A stretch of 64,000 nt of DNA from contig JAUPSS010000008.1 in assembly GCA_040285825.1 (NCBI GenBank), positions 434,001-498,000 on the forward strand, read 5' to 3'. Of this stretch, positions 38,800 through 51,521 are shown in pieces. A program made the position numbers and the translations under genes. The notes under the pieces are model-generated. The model was not told the origin of the DNA and did not search any database. It saw only the letters and a program-made list of their open reading frames with translations. This DNA is from Eukaryota sp. TZLM1-RC (lineage: Eukaryota > Protista > Metamonada: BaSk clade). Numbering within the stretch: position 1 is the first letter of the stretch; each line of letters opens with the position of its first letter.

Positions 38800-40400
38800 T
38801 AAAAGAACCATTTATATAAAGAATCAAATAAAAACAAAACAAACTAAAACACATAAGAAACTAAATTCTCTACGCCAACTCTTGATGAATCCTTATAAAG
38901 TTTAGACATCATTAAACTCAAGTACATGGGAACACTTCTGTACAAAGCGAAAATTATACGATTTTTCCATAAATTCTCTGCAAAATTCTTACCACTTGAA
39001 CGACATAAATTACCAAAATCATTGATGAAATTCAAGGCGGATTGTCCAATGTTGCCAAAAATCGAAAAGGCAAAAGGAACAAACGAAAACTTCGAATAAA
39101 GGTTCTTATTTAAATCATTTAATATCTCAGTATATTTATCTCTCTTACGATCTTCAGCTTTGTTTAAATGACCATTAGTACTAAGTAAAACATCATCGCG
39201 ATAAACAAAAGCAAAGGGATCAACTGTAGTGAAATCAACAACAACTTGAGAGGAATCCACAGCAATTAAATCACCTCGACGTGAATTAAAAAGATTATCA
39301 TCACTATAATGCTTCAACAAAGGTTCTACTTTGCAACTAAAATTGTAACACTTGAACATCTCATATGTCACATCACGAACGGCATTATGAAGAACTGACC
39401 TATATTGGAGAAATTTCTTACAGCTCACAATATGACGAAAATTGGCAGTAGGTTTTTTGTTACAAATACAATAAGAATTGTCCAAAAGACCACTTGGATA
39501 CATCCCTAATCTCAACCTCATGTTTTGTTTCCAAGCTTCATTTGTTAAGTGAAGACCAAATGGCCTTGGTTGCTGAGATATTAAACTAATACAGTTCTGA
39601 ATGTCTGATAAAAAGGCAGCAAAGACAGGATTATTAATCTTAGTCACACTAAGTCGTTTAGAAAAATCCAGGTCTTCAAAACCAATAGGAACAGACTTCT
39701 GTAATTTCACAACAGCAAGATGAAGGTTGGTGAAAGATCTCGAAGGCACAGCAGGCAAACTTGAAGGAAAACTCCTATTCCAAATATCAACAGGTAGTTC
39801 TTGCACCATTTTTTCAAGAGAAATTAATAAAGGATGTGATTCATTTAAAGGAATATGATCAAAACGAAGTTTCCATTCAAAAAGAAAATTTTTCATACCA
39901 CCAATAAAAGCACTTTTGCATAAATACTCTGCTTTTGAAAAACCAACTCCACCAAATTTAGGACTAAAAATGCATGATAAGGAATTTTAGATGGACAAAC
40001 TTCTACTAAATTTCCTAAGAAATTTGTTCTCAAAGTATTGAATTGACGTGCAAAATCATGAGAAATTGTGGGAGATAAAGAACGAAGAAGATGATTAATT
40101 TTTGATCCAAAACACTCATTTAGGACCGAAAACGCTAAATGTTTGTCAATTTCTAGATCTTGAATAGCCAAAAGTTGCTCTTCGATTTTTTCCAAAATAC
40201 CTGACAAAATCGATTTAACTTTTTCACTATTTCCAAAATAAGATCCAAGAAACCCAATAGCATCTTCCTCGTAATCAACGTATTTGATAAAAGTTTCATT
40301 AAATGCCACCTCCGCATGCTGATTACCAATAATGAAACACTTGGGCAATTTAATGTCTAACCCTATTTGTTTGGCCAGCGGAAATGTTTTTGTTTGGAAA
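38800..40400 (-). mobile_element. L-B non-LTR 3' half
   Basis: ORFs 39893..40474 and 38844..39896 with RT thumb, CIC..HIVSC..HNAVRD, RRGDL..VDFT..KRDKY..PF. Confidence 0.88.
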
Positions 40401-41009
40401 ATAACAAAATTATTAATACACCTCTGAGAAAAACCAACTGTCAATATCTTTATTGTCAAAAAGAAGATTAACATATCAACAAATGTTGTGGAGTCAAAGT
40501 AATTGATTAAAATGCACTTTGTGTTTGGAATGTAACGTAAGGGGACAGAACGTTGGCAATGTTGATGTTTCAGTTCATGGTCTGAATTTTATTGGGTCAG
40601 ATTTTAAATGCAATTGCAAGTTGCAGTGTTTTTAGTACAAGATTCCGTGGATTGGAAGTTTTCTTGTGATAAAAGAAATCAGAACGTAATGTTCTGTAGC
40701 AAAAAAATGGTTTGCTTAAGAGGAAGTTGCGAACATGCAGTGAGCCCACTAGCAAGATATAATTGCCTTATCTTATAATAGATGGAGGGTGCAGGGAAAA
40801 TTCAAAACTTGTCTGAGTCGATTCAAAAGTTGTATAAAGTGGTATTAGCCAAAGAAATTTTCAAAAAAAAACCAAGACTGTTGGTATCACTATAAGCAAA
40901 GATGTTGAGACACATGTCAAGTTCAGACAAGGAACAAGCTCATCATCGGGATGTATACAAGAATGTATGACCCCATTGAAGTCTAGAAAGAGGTCTCTTG
41001 TTCATGAGT

Positions 41010-41150
41010 AAAAGTGTGAAAAAAGACTGCAAAACCAAGTAGAGGGTTGAAAACTTGCCAGAATAGGAAATCGAGAAATTACAAATGGGCTGACAAGTGT
41101 AAAATTTGACATATGAGCTCTTTATTGTCGCTTTATGTCAGACGTTCCTC
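41010..41150 (+). mobile_element. Diverged 5' leader of a family C-like Fanzor element
   Basis: Aligns with 60660..60785 (AAAACCAAGT.GAGGGTT.AAA, TGACAAGTGTAAAATTTGA, ATGAGCTCTTTATT, ATGTCAGAC). Confidence 0.7.
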
Positions 41151-42199
41151 ATGTCTCGCTGAACTTGAGAATTTACACCTCCTACCATTCAGTACTATGT
41201 ACCTGTTCCCAGATCAGAACAAGACAGAAAACGTGTTGCTTCACTGCTCTGCACTCCCCTTGAAACATTTCATAAATCCTGTTCGATTTCCTGTTCTTGG
41301 CCTCAAGATGATTCTGATTAACCGAAGTACATAGACTTTAATAGTATTCAGCACTCATGCACTCCATTCATCATTGGCCAAAAAAATGTGCTCAAATTTA
41401 CTTTTATTAACAAATAATATAGAACAAAAAATTAATGATTACGTTGACACCCACCACCAACTTTCAGGGCAATTTCCAACGTTCCTTCAAGGCTTTTTTA
41501 TCGAACACCACGAAATCTAATACATTTTTTCCAACTATTGACTGATTCTTTCTTAACAATTTAATCAACATCAATGATTCTTATTCATCAGCTTTTCTCA
41601 TCGACAGTGGAGACCGTTGCAGTTTTCCGAGGCTGTTTACTTAATTAATTTATTATTAATAATTAATTAATTTGATGTATTTTAACCTGAGGAAACTACT
41701 GCTATTCATAATGGCAATGTTTCAATGAAGGGTAGAAACTGTTTCATTTCATGAAACATTTCATAAACATTTCATAAACATTTCATGTTTAGAGTTCCAC
41801 TATCTACTATTCAAATTTTTTCAAAAGACAAAAGGAGTATTTCCATAATTTTATTCTCCTACAGTACCTCAGGATGTTCCAAAGTTTTACCTTTTATCTA
41901 TTGGAAAAAACACAGAATGAAGATTTTCACAATATTTTGATTCATTTGCATTATCAGTAAAAATATAGCATTCAAGAACTATCAAATGAATTTCTGGACC
42001 TTTGTTTCTGTCATACAAAGCTGAACGAAATTTTGGGGAATTTCCCCAATTTAATCCGAACCTTTTTTCAAAATATTCGAAATGGATTCTTTTCACTTGT
42101 TCGTGGTGGATTTGTTTTAATCGAAATTCTTTTTAAGTTGAAATCAAAATTTAATGAAAAAAAGGCCTCATGTCACCATTTGAAACAATTATTGTTGGA

Positions 42200-43555
42200 T
42201 AGAACCTTATATTGATTCATAAGCTACATTTATTTTCACCCAATGCAAAGGCGAATTTGCGTTTAATCCAAAGAATGAATTAAATTTTAATGGATGACCT
42301 TATGAAATGTTTACGTTCCTGTTTTAGCTTGTATAAGGCAAACTGTCATTTGAAATTGCTAAAGTCACATCCAATTAAGATGAATTTATGTTCACTTTAG
42401 ACCCCTAAAATACCTGGGATTTCTGAAAACATACAGGTAATTTACATATTTTTGATGAATCCAATCACCCAAGAAATTCTGGAGCTCTTCTTGAAATACT
42501 GAAAAAGTGCAACATCAATGTTGGAAATGGATTTTTCGAACAGGTAAAAGGGCTTTCCAAAAGACAGATTTCTTTTATATTGTTTCCATAAGGACTGGTG
42601 GTGTAAGTTGCCTTATCAGAAAAGATCAAGCAGGGAAGAGAGTCCCAAGAAGCAAGACGAAGATGAACCACACCTAACCCCACCAGATTCAAGATTAGAA
42701 TGAGACGAATAACGTCATGAAGAAAACAAAGGAAGAAATAGAGGTTTTATAACAGAATGAAAATAACAAAAAGGCAAAACAAAAGATTCTAGGCTTCAGG
42801 CCAAAACAAAATCCTCCTCCTCCAAATGAAATCAAGAAAACAAAATTAAAAGAATATACCTTCAAGAGGCTCACTGCTCCTCAATGAAGAAGAGAAACTA
42901 TGAACAAAGACCAACAAAAATTCTATAAGGATGTTAAAGAATCATGGATTTATCAAAACAAAACTGTAAAGGAGCGGGAAGAAGAATTAAAACAATTTTC
43001 AAAAAAACCCTAGATCATGAAGAATTCCTAAACTACTGCAAGGCAAAAACAACTTTTCACTCCATGTTGGAGCTTTTTACTTTAATAAAGATAAGAGTCA
43101 TGAAACTAAGGAAATTCATACCCACAGAGAGGTTTGAAGCAAAATGGATGAATGAATTTGAAAATAAGTTTGGAGGTCCAGACGATAACATTGTAGTGAT
43201 GGGTGATTGGAAGCAAACCAATTTTAAGCATAAAGCACCTACAAAGAATGTTGGTTATCAAGAGCTGATGAAAAACCGTAACTTCCGTCTATTACTGGAT
43301 AATTATATAACTAGTGCTGGATGTCATGCATGTGTACGCAAGGGGAAAGAAGGTGAAAAAGTAAAGAAGTATCGATTACCTAATGGAAGACCATACAGGA
43401 GAGCAGAGACATCAACTTTGCTGAGATATGGATTGCTCACTTGCAAGATGTTTGGATGTCCATGGAATCGTAATGTCAATGCTGTTCTTAATATGATTCA
43501 TGGGGTGGTGGATGTGTAACTTAAAGGAAATGAAAGACCACCAGTTTTGAAATTG
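42200..43555 (+). pseudogene. Fanzor1-like remnant, family D (5' boundary approximate)
   Basis: SIRTGGVSCLI (~42585, TDG-type motif), KRLTAPQ*RRE, VVMGDW, HKAPT, TS..CHAC, GLLTC...WNRNVNAVLNM, GNERP; collinear with family A. Confidence 0.82.
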
Positions 43556-43626
43556 ATTCATTTAGTCTTCATATTCCACTAATCTCAACTGATTACTGCT
43601 ATTTGACATTTTTGTACTATTAGCCG

Positions 43627-45771
43627 ATGTCTAGTCTACTCTTTAATTTAGATTCAAATGCTACAGATAAGGTAGTTGAAGTTCGTCAAACCCTAGACTC
43701 TCTATTTCAGTTCTTTACCAACGATCCAGTCGCACTTCTTTGTGAGACTTTTTCATTCTTTCACAATTCACTTCAACTTTCTAGTGATGACATTCGTAAA
43801 ATGGTAAGCTCATCACTATCCTATCTTGAAGAATGTCAGTTCAAATTGGTTATCGATTCTCACAGTGATTCCAGCACCAGCTCTACGTCTTCTTTCACAT
43901 CTTCCAAAGTTAAACAAGACATTGAAACTATCACTAAAATATGTTCTGAACCCTTTCTTTCTACCTCAGTCGATCAGCACTCCACTCATCTTTCCAAGCT
44001 ACGCAGATCTGAATATATTGCTCCTTGGCTGGAATCTTGGATCAGTAGGGTATCCCAAGAGATTCAAAACCTTAAAACTGAAGCTCCCCTCTCCTCGCTA
44101 CTTATTTACATGATTCATTTCTTCACTTCAAGCCCTCCTTTGCTTGACTACACCCTTTTGCTTCGTATTCAAGTTTTCTCTCTCGTTCGCCATATGCTGT
44201 CCCTACAAAGTCTTTCTACTGAAAATAAAGCTTTGTGTTCCTTCTTGCTTACTCTTCAACCAACCAAAGATCTTTGTTGTTCAGCATTAGCTAACACTCA
44301 GTCCTGGCTGGCTACTCAACGTTTTCACAGTTTGGTTACGTCATCAGCTCAAAAAGGAGGACCAAAACCCCCCTCTGCGGCACGTGTTTACAAAGCCTTG
44401 GACACTCTACCTTTCAGTGACCCTAGTGGATTAACTTTTGACCTTTTACTAATAAAAATTTCCAATATGGATTCTAGATCTGAAACGTTTATATTTTCCT
44501 TAAAAAGAATTAAATCTTTGTTAAACCCTAATAGCATCATTTGCGATAAGGAAAAGCGGATCAATTTTTGGATCAGTTTTTTAGAGAAGAATATAGAAGA
44601 ATTTCCCCCAAGTTATGGTTTAATTCCTGTTTTGTTGGAAGAATTTTCTAAATTTTCCCATTATTCAGAATTTTATTCTCTTTTACCAAGAATTAATTCA
44701 ATTATTAAATCAATTAAACAGAATTCTCCTCCTGTTTCAAGCAGCAACAATCAACCACTCCAAAGTTATCTTCTGTCTTCAGCTTCTTTACCTTTAACCA
44801 CCTTCACGTATTCGTCTCAACCCTCCTCACTTCCCTCTCAACGTCTACCTATCTACAACGGTGTTTCTTCTCAGATGGATGACTCTCACCCGTTTGCTAG
44901 TGTAGAGGGGGTTTGGGTTGGTTACATTGATGGTGAAGAAGGGGAAGAAATGGTATCTGAAGCAGGGGGAAGGTTTGAATTGTTTAGAAGACAATTTTCT
45001 TGGGTTGCAGTTGAGAATCAATCAAATGAGCAATCAGATCATAATGGTGACGTGTTGGCGGTCAAATACTCTGATATATCCAAATGGACGTGGAAGGAGG
45101 ATAGTGCAGAAGGTATTCTCTTTCTGGTCATTCATACTGAGAAGGAAACGTTCAAATTCTTTCCCTTTTCTCATCCAGAGATTAGACAACTTGCCCTTGC
45201 TTTGTCTGATGTTACTGAGAAGCCTGCATTTGATAGCAATCAAATCACATTAATCAATCAAAAGATTGTTGTCGACTCGGAGCGTATCGCAATTGTCCAA
45301 AAACTTGCCAATCATCCAAAATGGATAATCAACCATACAGTGGTCCTCCATAAAGTACTCGGTGATCTAATCAACCCCGTCAAACCTCTATCCTTGATGG
45401 GAGTGGAAAGAGTGTTTCATTCTTGTAGAAATAATCCTGAAGTGACAAAGGAAACATTGGCAGATCTCCGTCGAAAGTGGTCTAAAGCTAAGAGTACTGA
45501 AACCATTAGGATTAGAATTCTGTCTGTTGTGGATCGATTACTTGATCGAACAATTCTTTCCAGGGAAAACTTTTCGAATTTGTCAGAATGGCTTTCTGTC
45601 ATTGAAGAGCAGTTGGACCCATACAAGAGCCCTCAATCCTTAAGGCAAATACATATCCTCAAGACTAGGTGTAATGTATTGAAGGCACAACTGATTACTC
45701 CTCTTTCTGACCATCAGATTGAAGAAAAGTTTGAGCTACTTGATCAATATGAGGAGAGAGCTTCTTGTTAA
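43627..45771 (+). CDS. Hypothetical protein, 714 aa (helical, with a possible PH-like segment)
   Basis: Long intact ORF with host-like composition; no family recognised. Confidence 0.75.
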   Translation: MSSLLFNLDSNATDKVVEVRQTLDSLFQFFTNDPVALLCETFSFFHNSLQLSSDDIRKMVSSSLSYLEECQFKLVIDSHSDSSTSSTSSFTSSKVKQDIETITKICSEPFLSTSVDQHSTHLSKLRRSEYIAPWLESWISRVSQEIQNLKTEAPLSSLLIYMIHFFTSSPPLLDYTLLLRIQVFSLVRHMLSLQSLSTENKALCSFLLTLQPTKDLCCSALANTQSWLATQRFHSLVTSSAQKGGPKPPSAARVYKALDTLPFSDPSGLTFDLLLIKISNMDSRSETFIFSLKRIKSLLNPNSIICDKEKRINFWISFLEKNIEEFPPSYGLIPVLLEEFSKFSHYSEFYSLLPRINSIIKSIKQNSPPVSSSNNQPLQSYLLSSASLPLTTFTYSSQPSSLPSQRLPIYNGVSSQMDDSHPFASVEGVWVGYIDGEEGEEMVSEAGGRFELFRRQFSWVAVENQSNEQSDHNGDVLAVKYSDISKWTWKEDSAEGILFLVIHTEKETFKFFPFSHPEIRQLALALSDVTEKPAFDSNQITLINQKIVVDSERIAIVQKLANHPKWIINHTVVLHKVLGDLINPVKPLSLMGVERVFHSCRNNPEVTKETLADLRRKWSKAKSTETIRIRILSVVDRLLDRTILSRENFSNLSEWLSVIEEQLDPYKSPQSLRQIHILKTRCNVLKAQLITPLSDHQIEEKFELLDQYEERASC

Positions 45772-46189
45772 TAGCTGTGTCAATTCTTGGTGTTTTTCAA
45801 CACTTTTTTTTCAATTTATTTTTATTTAATTGTAACCCATTTTTTCCTCATTGTTTTTACAATGTTATAATATTTACTCAAAATTGGTTAGTTGAAATGT
45901 AAATTAATCAATAGTTTTAGTTATTAATAATAAATTATTAATACTTTCTTCGTAAATGCAATTGAATATGATCTATATCATTGAAATATGAATCGAAACA
46001 GAGTCTTATTATGGTAAATTTAAAATGTTTCTGTACATCCAATTTCATCACTGGTCAATTTTTATGGAAATAATATTCAAATAATTGTTCGGAGATTTCA
46101 TCATTATTGCCTGAGAGTAATTTGTATTAAACTTACACACTTGACAAAATAAAAAACGTGAATGGACCCGAAAGCGACGTCAGGTCATT

Positions 46190-46480
46190 GTGAAAACGGC
46201 AAAAGCTGAACTGATTCATTCTTTCAGTGCTAATTTTCGTAGAAATTTTGGGATAGTCATACATGAACAACTAGTGTTTATTGATGAACTTAGTTTCAGA
46301 GTAGAACATTTACACCGAAGGTATGGCAGGTCACCTAAAGGGACCCCTGTGAGTGAAGAAAGACCTCAGTTCAAAGAAAGGCAAATAAGCTTTGTTATCG
46401 TTATTTTTGTGAGGGGATTTTTTGCATGCTGCTTACGCCACAGACATTTCAACAGAATTGCTTTCACTGAATTTCAGTAC
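46190..46480 (+). pseudogene. IS630/Tc1-mariner DDE transposase fragment
   Basis: LVFIDELSF...RRYGRSPKGTP, the first catalytic Asp block of IS630/Tc1 transposases. Confidence 0.8.
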
Positions 46481-47339
46481 TCCCGAGGGTGTATAGTATC
46501 CCACCTGATTCACCTCTAATTCACCTTCCAACATGGAATCCTTTTCAACTCCTCTATTTACATATACACCTCTTTGTACTTTTGATGAATCAAACTTAGA
46601 CCTGCAACATCATGTCACCCCCCCCCCATCAAAAGCAGTGAACCAGCCAGTAGCTACCCCACTCCGAAGTGTCCCTGGTCTCTTCCACTGAATGCATGAC
46701 TCTTCATGCGGGATATGTTGAACATCTTCAGCAATTCTCCGTTTCTGTCATGAAACACAATATCAAGAACATTAAGCCATTGTCTGAGGTTATTGTGAAC
46801 CATTGGTTTTCATCAACAAGCGCCTGAACCAATGAAGCAATTTACGTTATTCAGGATCTATATAAAACCGACGAACTACAATGATTCTTACAAACCGTAA
46901 ATATTATTGACCATAATATCGATGCTGTTGATACATTTCATTGTGCTGATAGTATTTGTTGCATAAAATAAGTACAGATTTGTTTATTAAAAACATACAT
47001 ATCACATATCAAAACCTTTGGGAAAAGATTGAACAAGTGTCAACATTCAACAGAGTCTCATGATAGGGGAATGTGGCCTTACATTAATTTTGATCAGATG
47101 TGAATCAGAGGTGACTGGAATGGGAATGGGAATGGTGATTCACCAAACTTGCAATTCACAAAGGGATTCTGAGGAGGATTATTACTATACAAGTATAAAG
47201 TATAAGTATTCAACCAAACAGACAACCACAGGAAGGTCAATGGTGCGGAATTGAGCGCTGAACAAATGAAGAAGAAGGGTGGGAAACTTCGGTCACAGTT
47301 CACAAGTCCGTGTCAAGAAAAGAAATAGGGTAAAGAGTA

Positions 47340-47612
47340 CTGTGAATTTCACTTATCATGCATTCCCCTGTGAAATTCTCTCCTGTTTTCAACTTTCTCA
47401 ATTTCTACTCACAGGGTGTAAGAGACATGTAGCATCATTTGACAAAGACAATCATGATCTTCATCAATGGGCTACCTCACTTAAATACACCTACTGCATT
47501 CACAGAACAAAGCCTCGCGACTTGATGTATCTAAGTGGATCTACCAAATGCTACTAAGGTATTTGTAGATCGGTCTCAAAAGTTTTTGTTTCTGTATGCT
47601 CACGTTCCCTAT
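47340..47612 (-). ncRNA. Candidate omegaRNA scaffold / right end, Fanzor family C copy 1
   Basis: Reverse complement of 62732..63004; ends CACAG|TA (TA at 47338..47339). Confidence 0.72.
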
Positions 47613-49574
47613 TCATCTCCTCAGCAGAGCATCTGGGCAAATGTATCTTTCCGGCCACAATTCCGCTTTCTTCTTAATTTGAATATTTTTTTGCAGCGGA
47701 AATATCTCTGTCATATACTATTTGACACTCAGTACAAATACGCATCTGCCATGAGCCTGCTTGAATATTCTCGGCCATGCAACAACTTGACATTTTGCTT
47801 GTATTAAATTCACTGGTTGACAAGTGCTTCACGTCCTTTTGATAACACAACCATTTTCTGAAAGCCCTTGCTGATCCATATCGATTGACTTTTTCGGCAA
47901 TGAGAAGGGAAATTAGCAGAACCCACAGCAAGATAGAGTTTTTCAGGATGTCCAGCCAGACTTTGAAATTTGTTGAGACTCTCTCTGAACCGTCTCTCTT
48001 TTCGTCTGCGGTTAACAAATTTAATTATTTTCCATTTCTGGCGATTACTTTCCAAATACACTTTCCTCCTGACCAAATTCCAATGGTTCAAATATTGGTT
48101 GAAATTTTTGAACGGAATATTGGTTGGGAGAGTGTTTACTGGGTGAATTTTTTGTCATGTATCTTCTGCCAGTTGGACAAGGGATAACTCCACATTGATT
48201 ATCATTTAAGAAGTAACCACATAATCTTGATTGGCCAAGATCAACGCCGATAAGGGGCCTTTCAGGTAAAATTTCGACTGGATGTCTACGTCTTCGACGG
48301 GGCATTTTTTTAGTACCCTTCAACTGTGTTTCTCTGGTTTTGTTGGCATTAGGGTCACTTTTCATTTCATTTTTGATCTTCTTTTTCTTTTTCGGTGGTT
48401 CATCCAGCTCATCTGTGTTTTTCTGAGTCATTATTTTTTACCTTCAAAGGTCAAAAGCAGTTCATTACCATTAGTTTTCAATAAAATTTTGTTAAATCTA
48501 TTTTTCAAACTTTTTTCTGTTGATATTGAATTTTTGGTAAGGACATTGTTTGAATACTCGTTTCAGACATGTATTTTTGATAAACTTTGTTTTGGAAGAT
48601 GATCCTTCAATAATTGGAAATTTTTTTCACAGAGTGGAAAATTTGTGAAGGTACCTCAATAAATTTAGAACCTTTATGAGAAGCTAAAGGTATTATTCTA
48701 AATTTCTTCCAGCAATGCATATGAGAAAAGAAAGTGAGTAAGTATTGTGAAATTTTAAGATTGAAGAGAAAAAGCTCACTAATTTCCTTTGATGAAAAAG
48801 TGATTTTATCATGTGAGGACAGTAGGGAGGCAGTGGTAGGAAATCTTTGAAAGAGATTCAAGATAAACCTACATGCATTCAATAAAAAAAATCTTTCTCT
48901 TGAATTATTCAAATTGAAATTGATGAGGTATTCAAGAACAGAATCAACTACTACTTCCTCGGGTTGGGCTAGTAGTTCATCTGGCAAAAGTGAAAGAATA
49001 TTATTTGCAAAGACATTTGTTTTATTCAGGGCTCTACAATGAGCACGAATAAAGTTTTTTGTCCAGGATTGACAAATTTTGGGTAAACATGTCTTAACGT
49101 TGGAGGCCAATTGACGAGCACGACAGGCAAGATAAGAAGAAAGCCCTTTTCTATTGATAAAATTACAGTTCTGGGACTGCAGCCAATCATTGAGGAAAAG
49201 ATGGAATGAATTTCTGTAAGGCACTAAAGAATTTTCCCACACAGAAACAAGAGACCTGTCTTGTGGGCATTCAGGAAGAAATCCATTGTAAAGATATGGA
49301 GTAATTGGCGTTGGCCTTTAGATGTGGAAGGCTTTGGAAAAGAACCAGTGGTGATGACGGTCATAAACAGATACCATACATCCTGTTCCACTAAACCTCT
49401 TGATGCCAACGGAAAATTTAGAAGAAAAGATTGAAGTAATAAAGACGCTTCATGACAAATCTCGGTGACCACAGGAAGGTCAGTCCGAATTTGTTGCACC
49501 GCTACGAGGGTCAGCAGCGAGTTAAGTGCACAAGACCGAGTGAATACACGTGATACAGAGGGGGTGTCTGACAT
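47613..49574 (-). pseudogene. Fanzor-like nuclease, family C copy 1 (frameshifts mostly at homopolymers)
   Basis: RuvC-I IGVDLG, RuvC-II TSEFNTSKMSSCC, CTEC...DRDISAA; near-identical to 60772..62731. Confidence 0.88.
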
Positions 49575-49830
49575 GTAGTGAGAATAAAGAGCTCATCTAT
49601 CAAATTTTACACTTGTCACCCATTTTCGACTTCTGGTTGCCTATTCTGGGAGGTTTTTAACCCTCAACTTGGTTTTGGGAGGTTTTCACTATTCCCACAC
49701 TTTTCCCTCACTTTCCATTTACTTTGTAAGAATTCTCCAACTGAGTAGTTCAGCATCTCAGTTCATTTTATCCACGTCCTCCATTAATCTCAACAGGTTA
49801 CCACTGTTTGACGTTTTGTGTTATTAGCCG

Positions 49831-50718
49831 ATGTCTAAACTCAATTCTTTACAAACCAAGGTGATTCAGCTTAAACACACAATCACTACTTATCAAAACT
49901 ACTGCAAATCACATAATCTTCCTCTTCCACAAGTAAGTGATGTATTTTTCGCTCCAGACACACTCCAGAAGGTTTCAAATGCGTTCTCGCTTCGTTCTGA
50001 TCTCAATGACCTTCGCCATGATATCAATGCAGAACTTACCTCAATTGAATCTCAACTACAGTCCTCTCTTTCCCTTACTCTGTCGTCTCTACACTCTCAT
50101 GATGCGCACATATCACAACTTAACCAAGAAATGAGCAGTGTTCAATCACTAAACCAGCAACTTGAGTGTGAAGTATCTAAATTAAATGAAACTACTCAAT
50201 CTCAGTGTCTGCAGCTTTCCGAACTTGAAAATGATTTGATTGAAAAGGAAAGGTTAATAACTGAGCTGAAAAGCAATCACGATGGCAAGGCGGTCAACCA
50301 ACAGTTAGAGTTGGTTAATTTACAATCGCAAGTTTCTGATCACCAATCAACAATGTCTAAACTGGAAACTGAAATTTCAAAGTTAAGATTCCGAAATTCC
50401 CAGTTAATGTCTGAAATTAATGAAAAGGATTTGGAATTAACTAATCAAGTGGCTGAAAATAATATTTTAGAAACTGAATTTCAACAAATTCAAAAGGAAG
50501 CGCAAAATTACAAAAGTCAGTTGAATTCAGCAGAAACACGTGTCACTGAGCTGTTCTCTGAGCTGACAAGTGTCAAGTCTCAGCTGACAAATATTTGTAG
50601 TTCAAAGGACGCGGAATGGATTGAAAAACTTGAAAATTATAAAGATGAGTGGAAGAAGAGCTCAGAAAAGGATCAGTTATTACTGAAGAGACAATTAGAA
50701 TCAACAGAAAAGAATTAG
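49831..50718 (+). CDS. Coiled-coil protein, probably 3'-truncated by a LINE fragment
   Basis: Heptad-rich 295-aa ORF; stop abuts an L-B fragment at ~50720..50850. Confidence 0.7.
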   Translation: MSKLNSLQTKVIQLKHTITTYQNYCKSHNLPLPQVSDVFFAPDTLQKVSNAFSLRSDLNDLRHDINAELTSIESQLQSSLSLTLSSLHSHDAHISQLNQEMSSVQSLNQQLECEVSKLNETTQSQCLQLSELENDLIEKERLITELKSNHDGKAVNQQLELVNLQSQVSDHQSTMSKLETEISKLRFRNSQLMSEINEKDLELTNQVAENNILETEFQQIQKEAQNYKSQLNSAETRVTELFSELTSVKSQLTNICSSKDAEWIEKLENYKDEWKKSSEKDQLLLKRQLESTEKN

Positions 50719-51184
50719 AATCAACTCAGCCTTGTCTAAGTGGCCATTAGAACTAACTAAGACATCTTCACAGTAAATTGAAGCAAAAGAATCAACAGTA
50801 GTAAAGTCAACAACAACCTGAGAAGAATCCACCAAAGGAGCAATTGGATAACCACAACCACTACTTTTTATTACTATTACTTTTTTGTTCGGTGGTACGA
50901 TGGTGCGTTTGGTATAACATTGTTTTTGTTTGGTGCGCACTCAATTATAGCGACATTAGTTTTAAACAATTTGTATTGTCCAATAAAACTTTTGACAGAT
51001 TTGTTTTTTCCAATAAAAGAATAAAAATAGAACACCAATCCTTCCTTAAGTTGAAGTAAATTGACATCAGAAAAAAAATGATCGGTGTTAAACGGCATGG
51101 ATTTTGAGAATTGGGAATGGGGTGGGAATGGGAATGGGAATGGCAATTCACCAATTTTGCAAAATACTGTAAGATTTGCTTTCC

Positions 51185-51521
51185 ATGGTTGCCAAAGATC
51201 TTGCACTGCTGCTGATATCTCCAACCACAACCACTACAATCAGGTCTTATTTTTCAAATTTGACTCCCGAACAGTATTTATCATATTATGGGATACCAGA
51301 ACTTCTCACAGAAGGTGCCACAGAGGCACTACTTAAACGACCTTCCCCAGTACTGCCGTCCTTAGCTTCCTTTTTCAACACATCCACTGATTATCGTGAC
51401 ACCTTGGACACGGGAATTCCTTCAGGCATGACTACTAGAGGAAGATACTTGCGTACTATTTTTAGCAAGTTTTCTCTTGAGAAACGACAGTATTCCCTTT
51501 TTGCTACAGACTGGACCCAAC
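51185..51521 (+). pseudogene. Truncated duplicate of the host gene at 58456..59154, fused to gypsy sequence
   Basis: Identity ends after ...GACCCAAC (51521), then gypsy CCTCAAGCCG. Confidence 0.88.

Larger units (their letters stand above)
47340..51521 (-). repeat. Inverted segmental duplicate of 58818..63004
   Basis: Collinear reverse-complement match including Fanzor C, the coiled-coil gene, a LINE scrap and a truncated host gene. Confidence 0.95.

Noticed and set aside
41750-41790. CRISPR-like array
   Set aside because: Simple 11-bp tandem repeat (AACATTTCATA) with no spacers
45895-45960. Solo LTR
   Set aside because: Only patchy AT-rich similarity to the gypsy LTR; no TG..CA ends or TSD
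51110-51150. Telomeric repeat (GGGAAT)n
   Set aside because: Only 3-4 units, internal, embedded in a dispersed repeat also seen at ~47120 and ~59200
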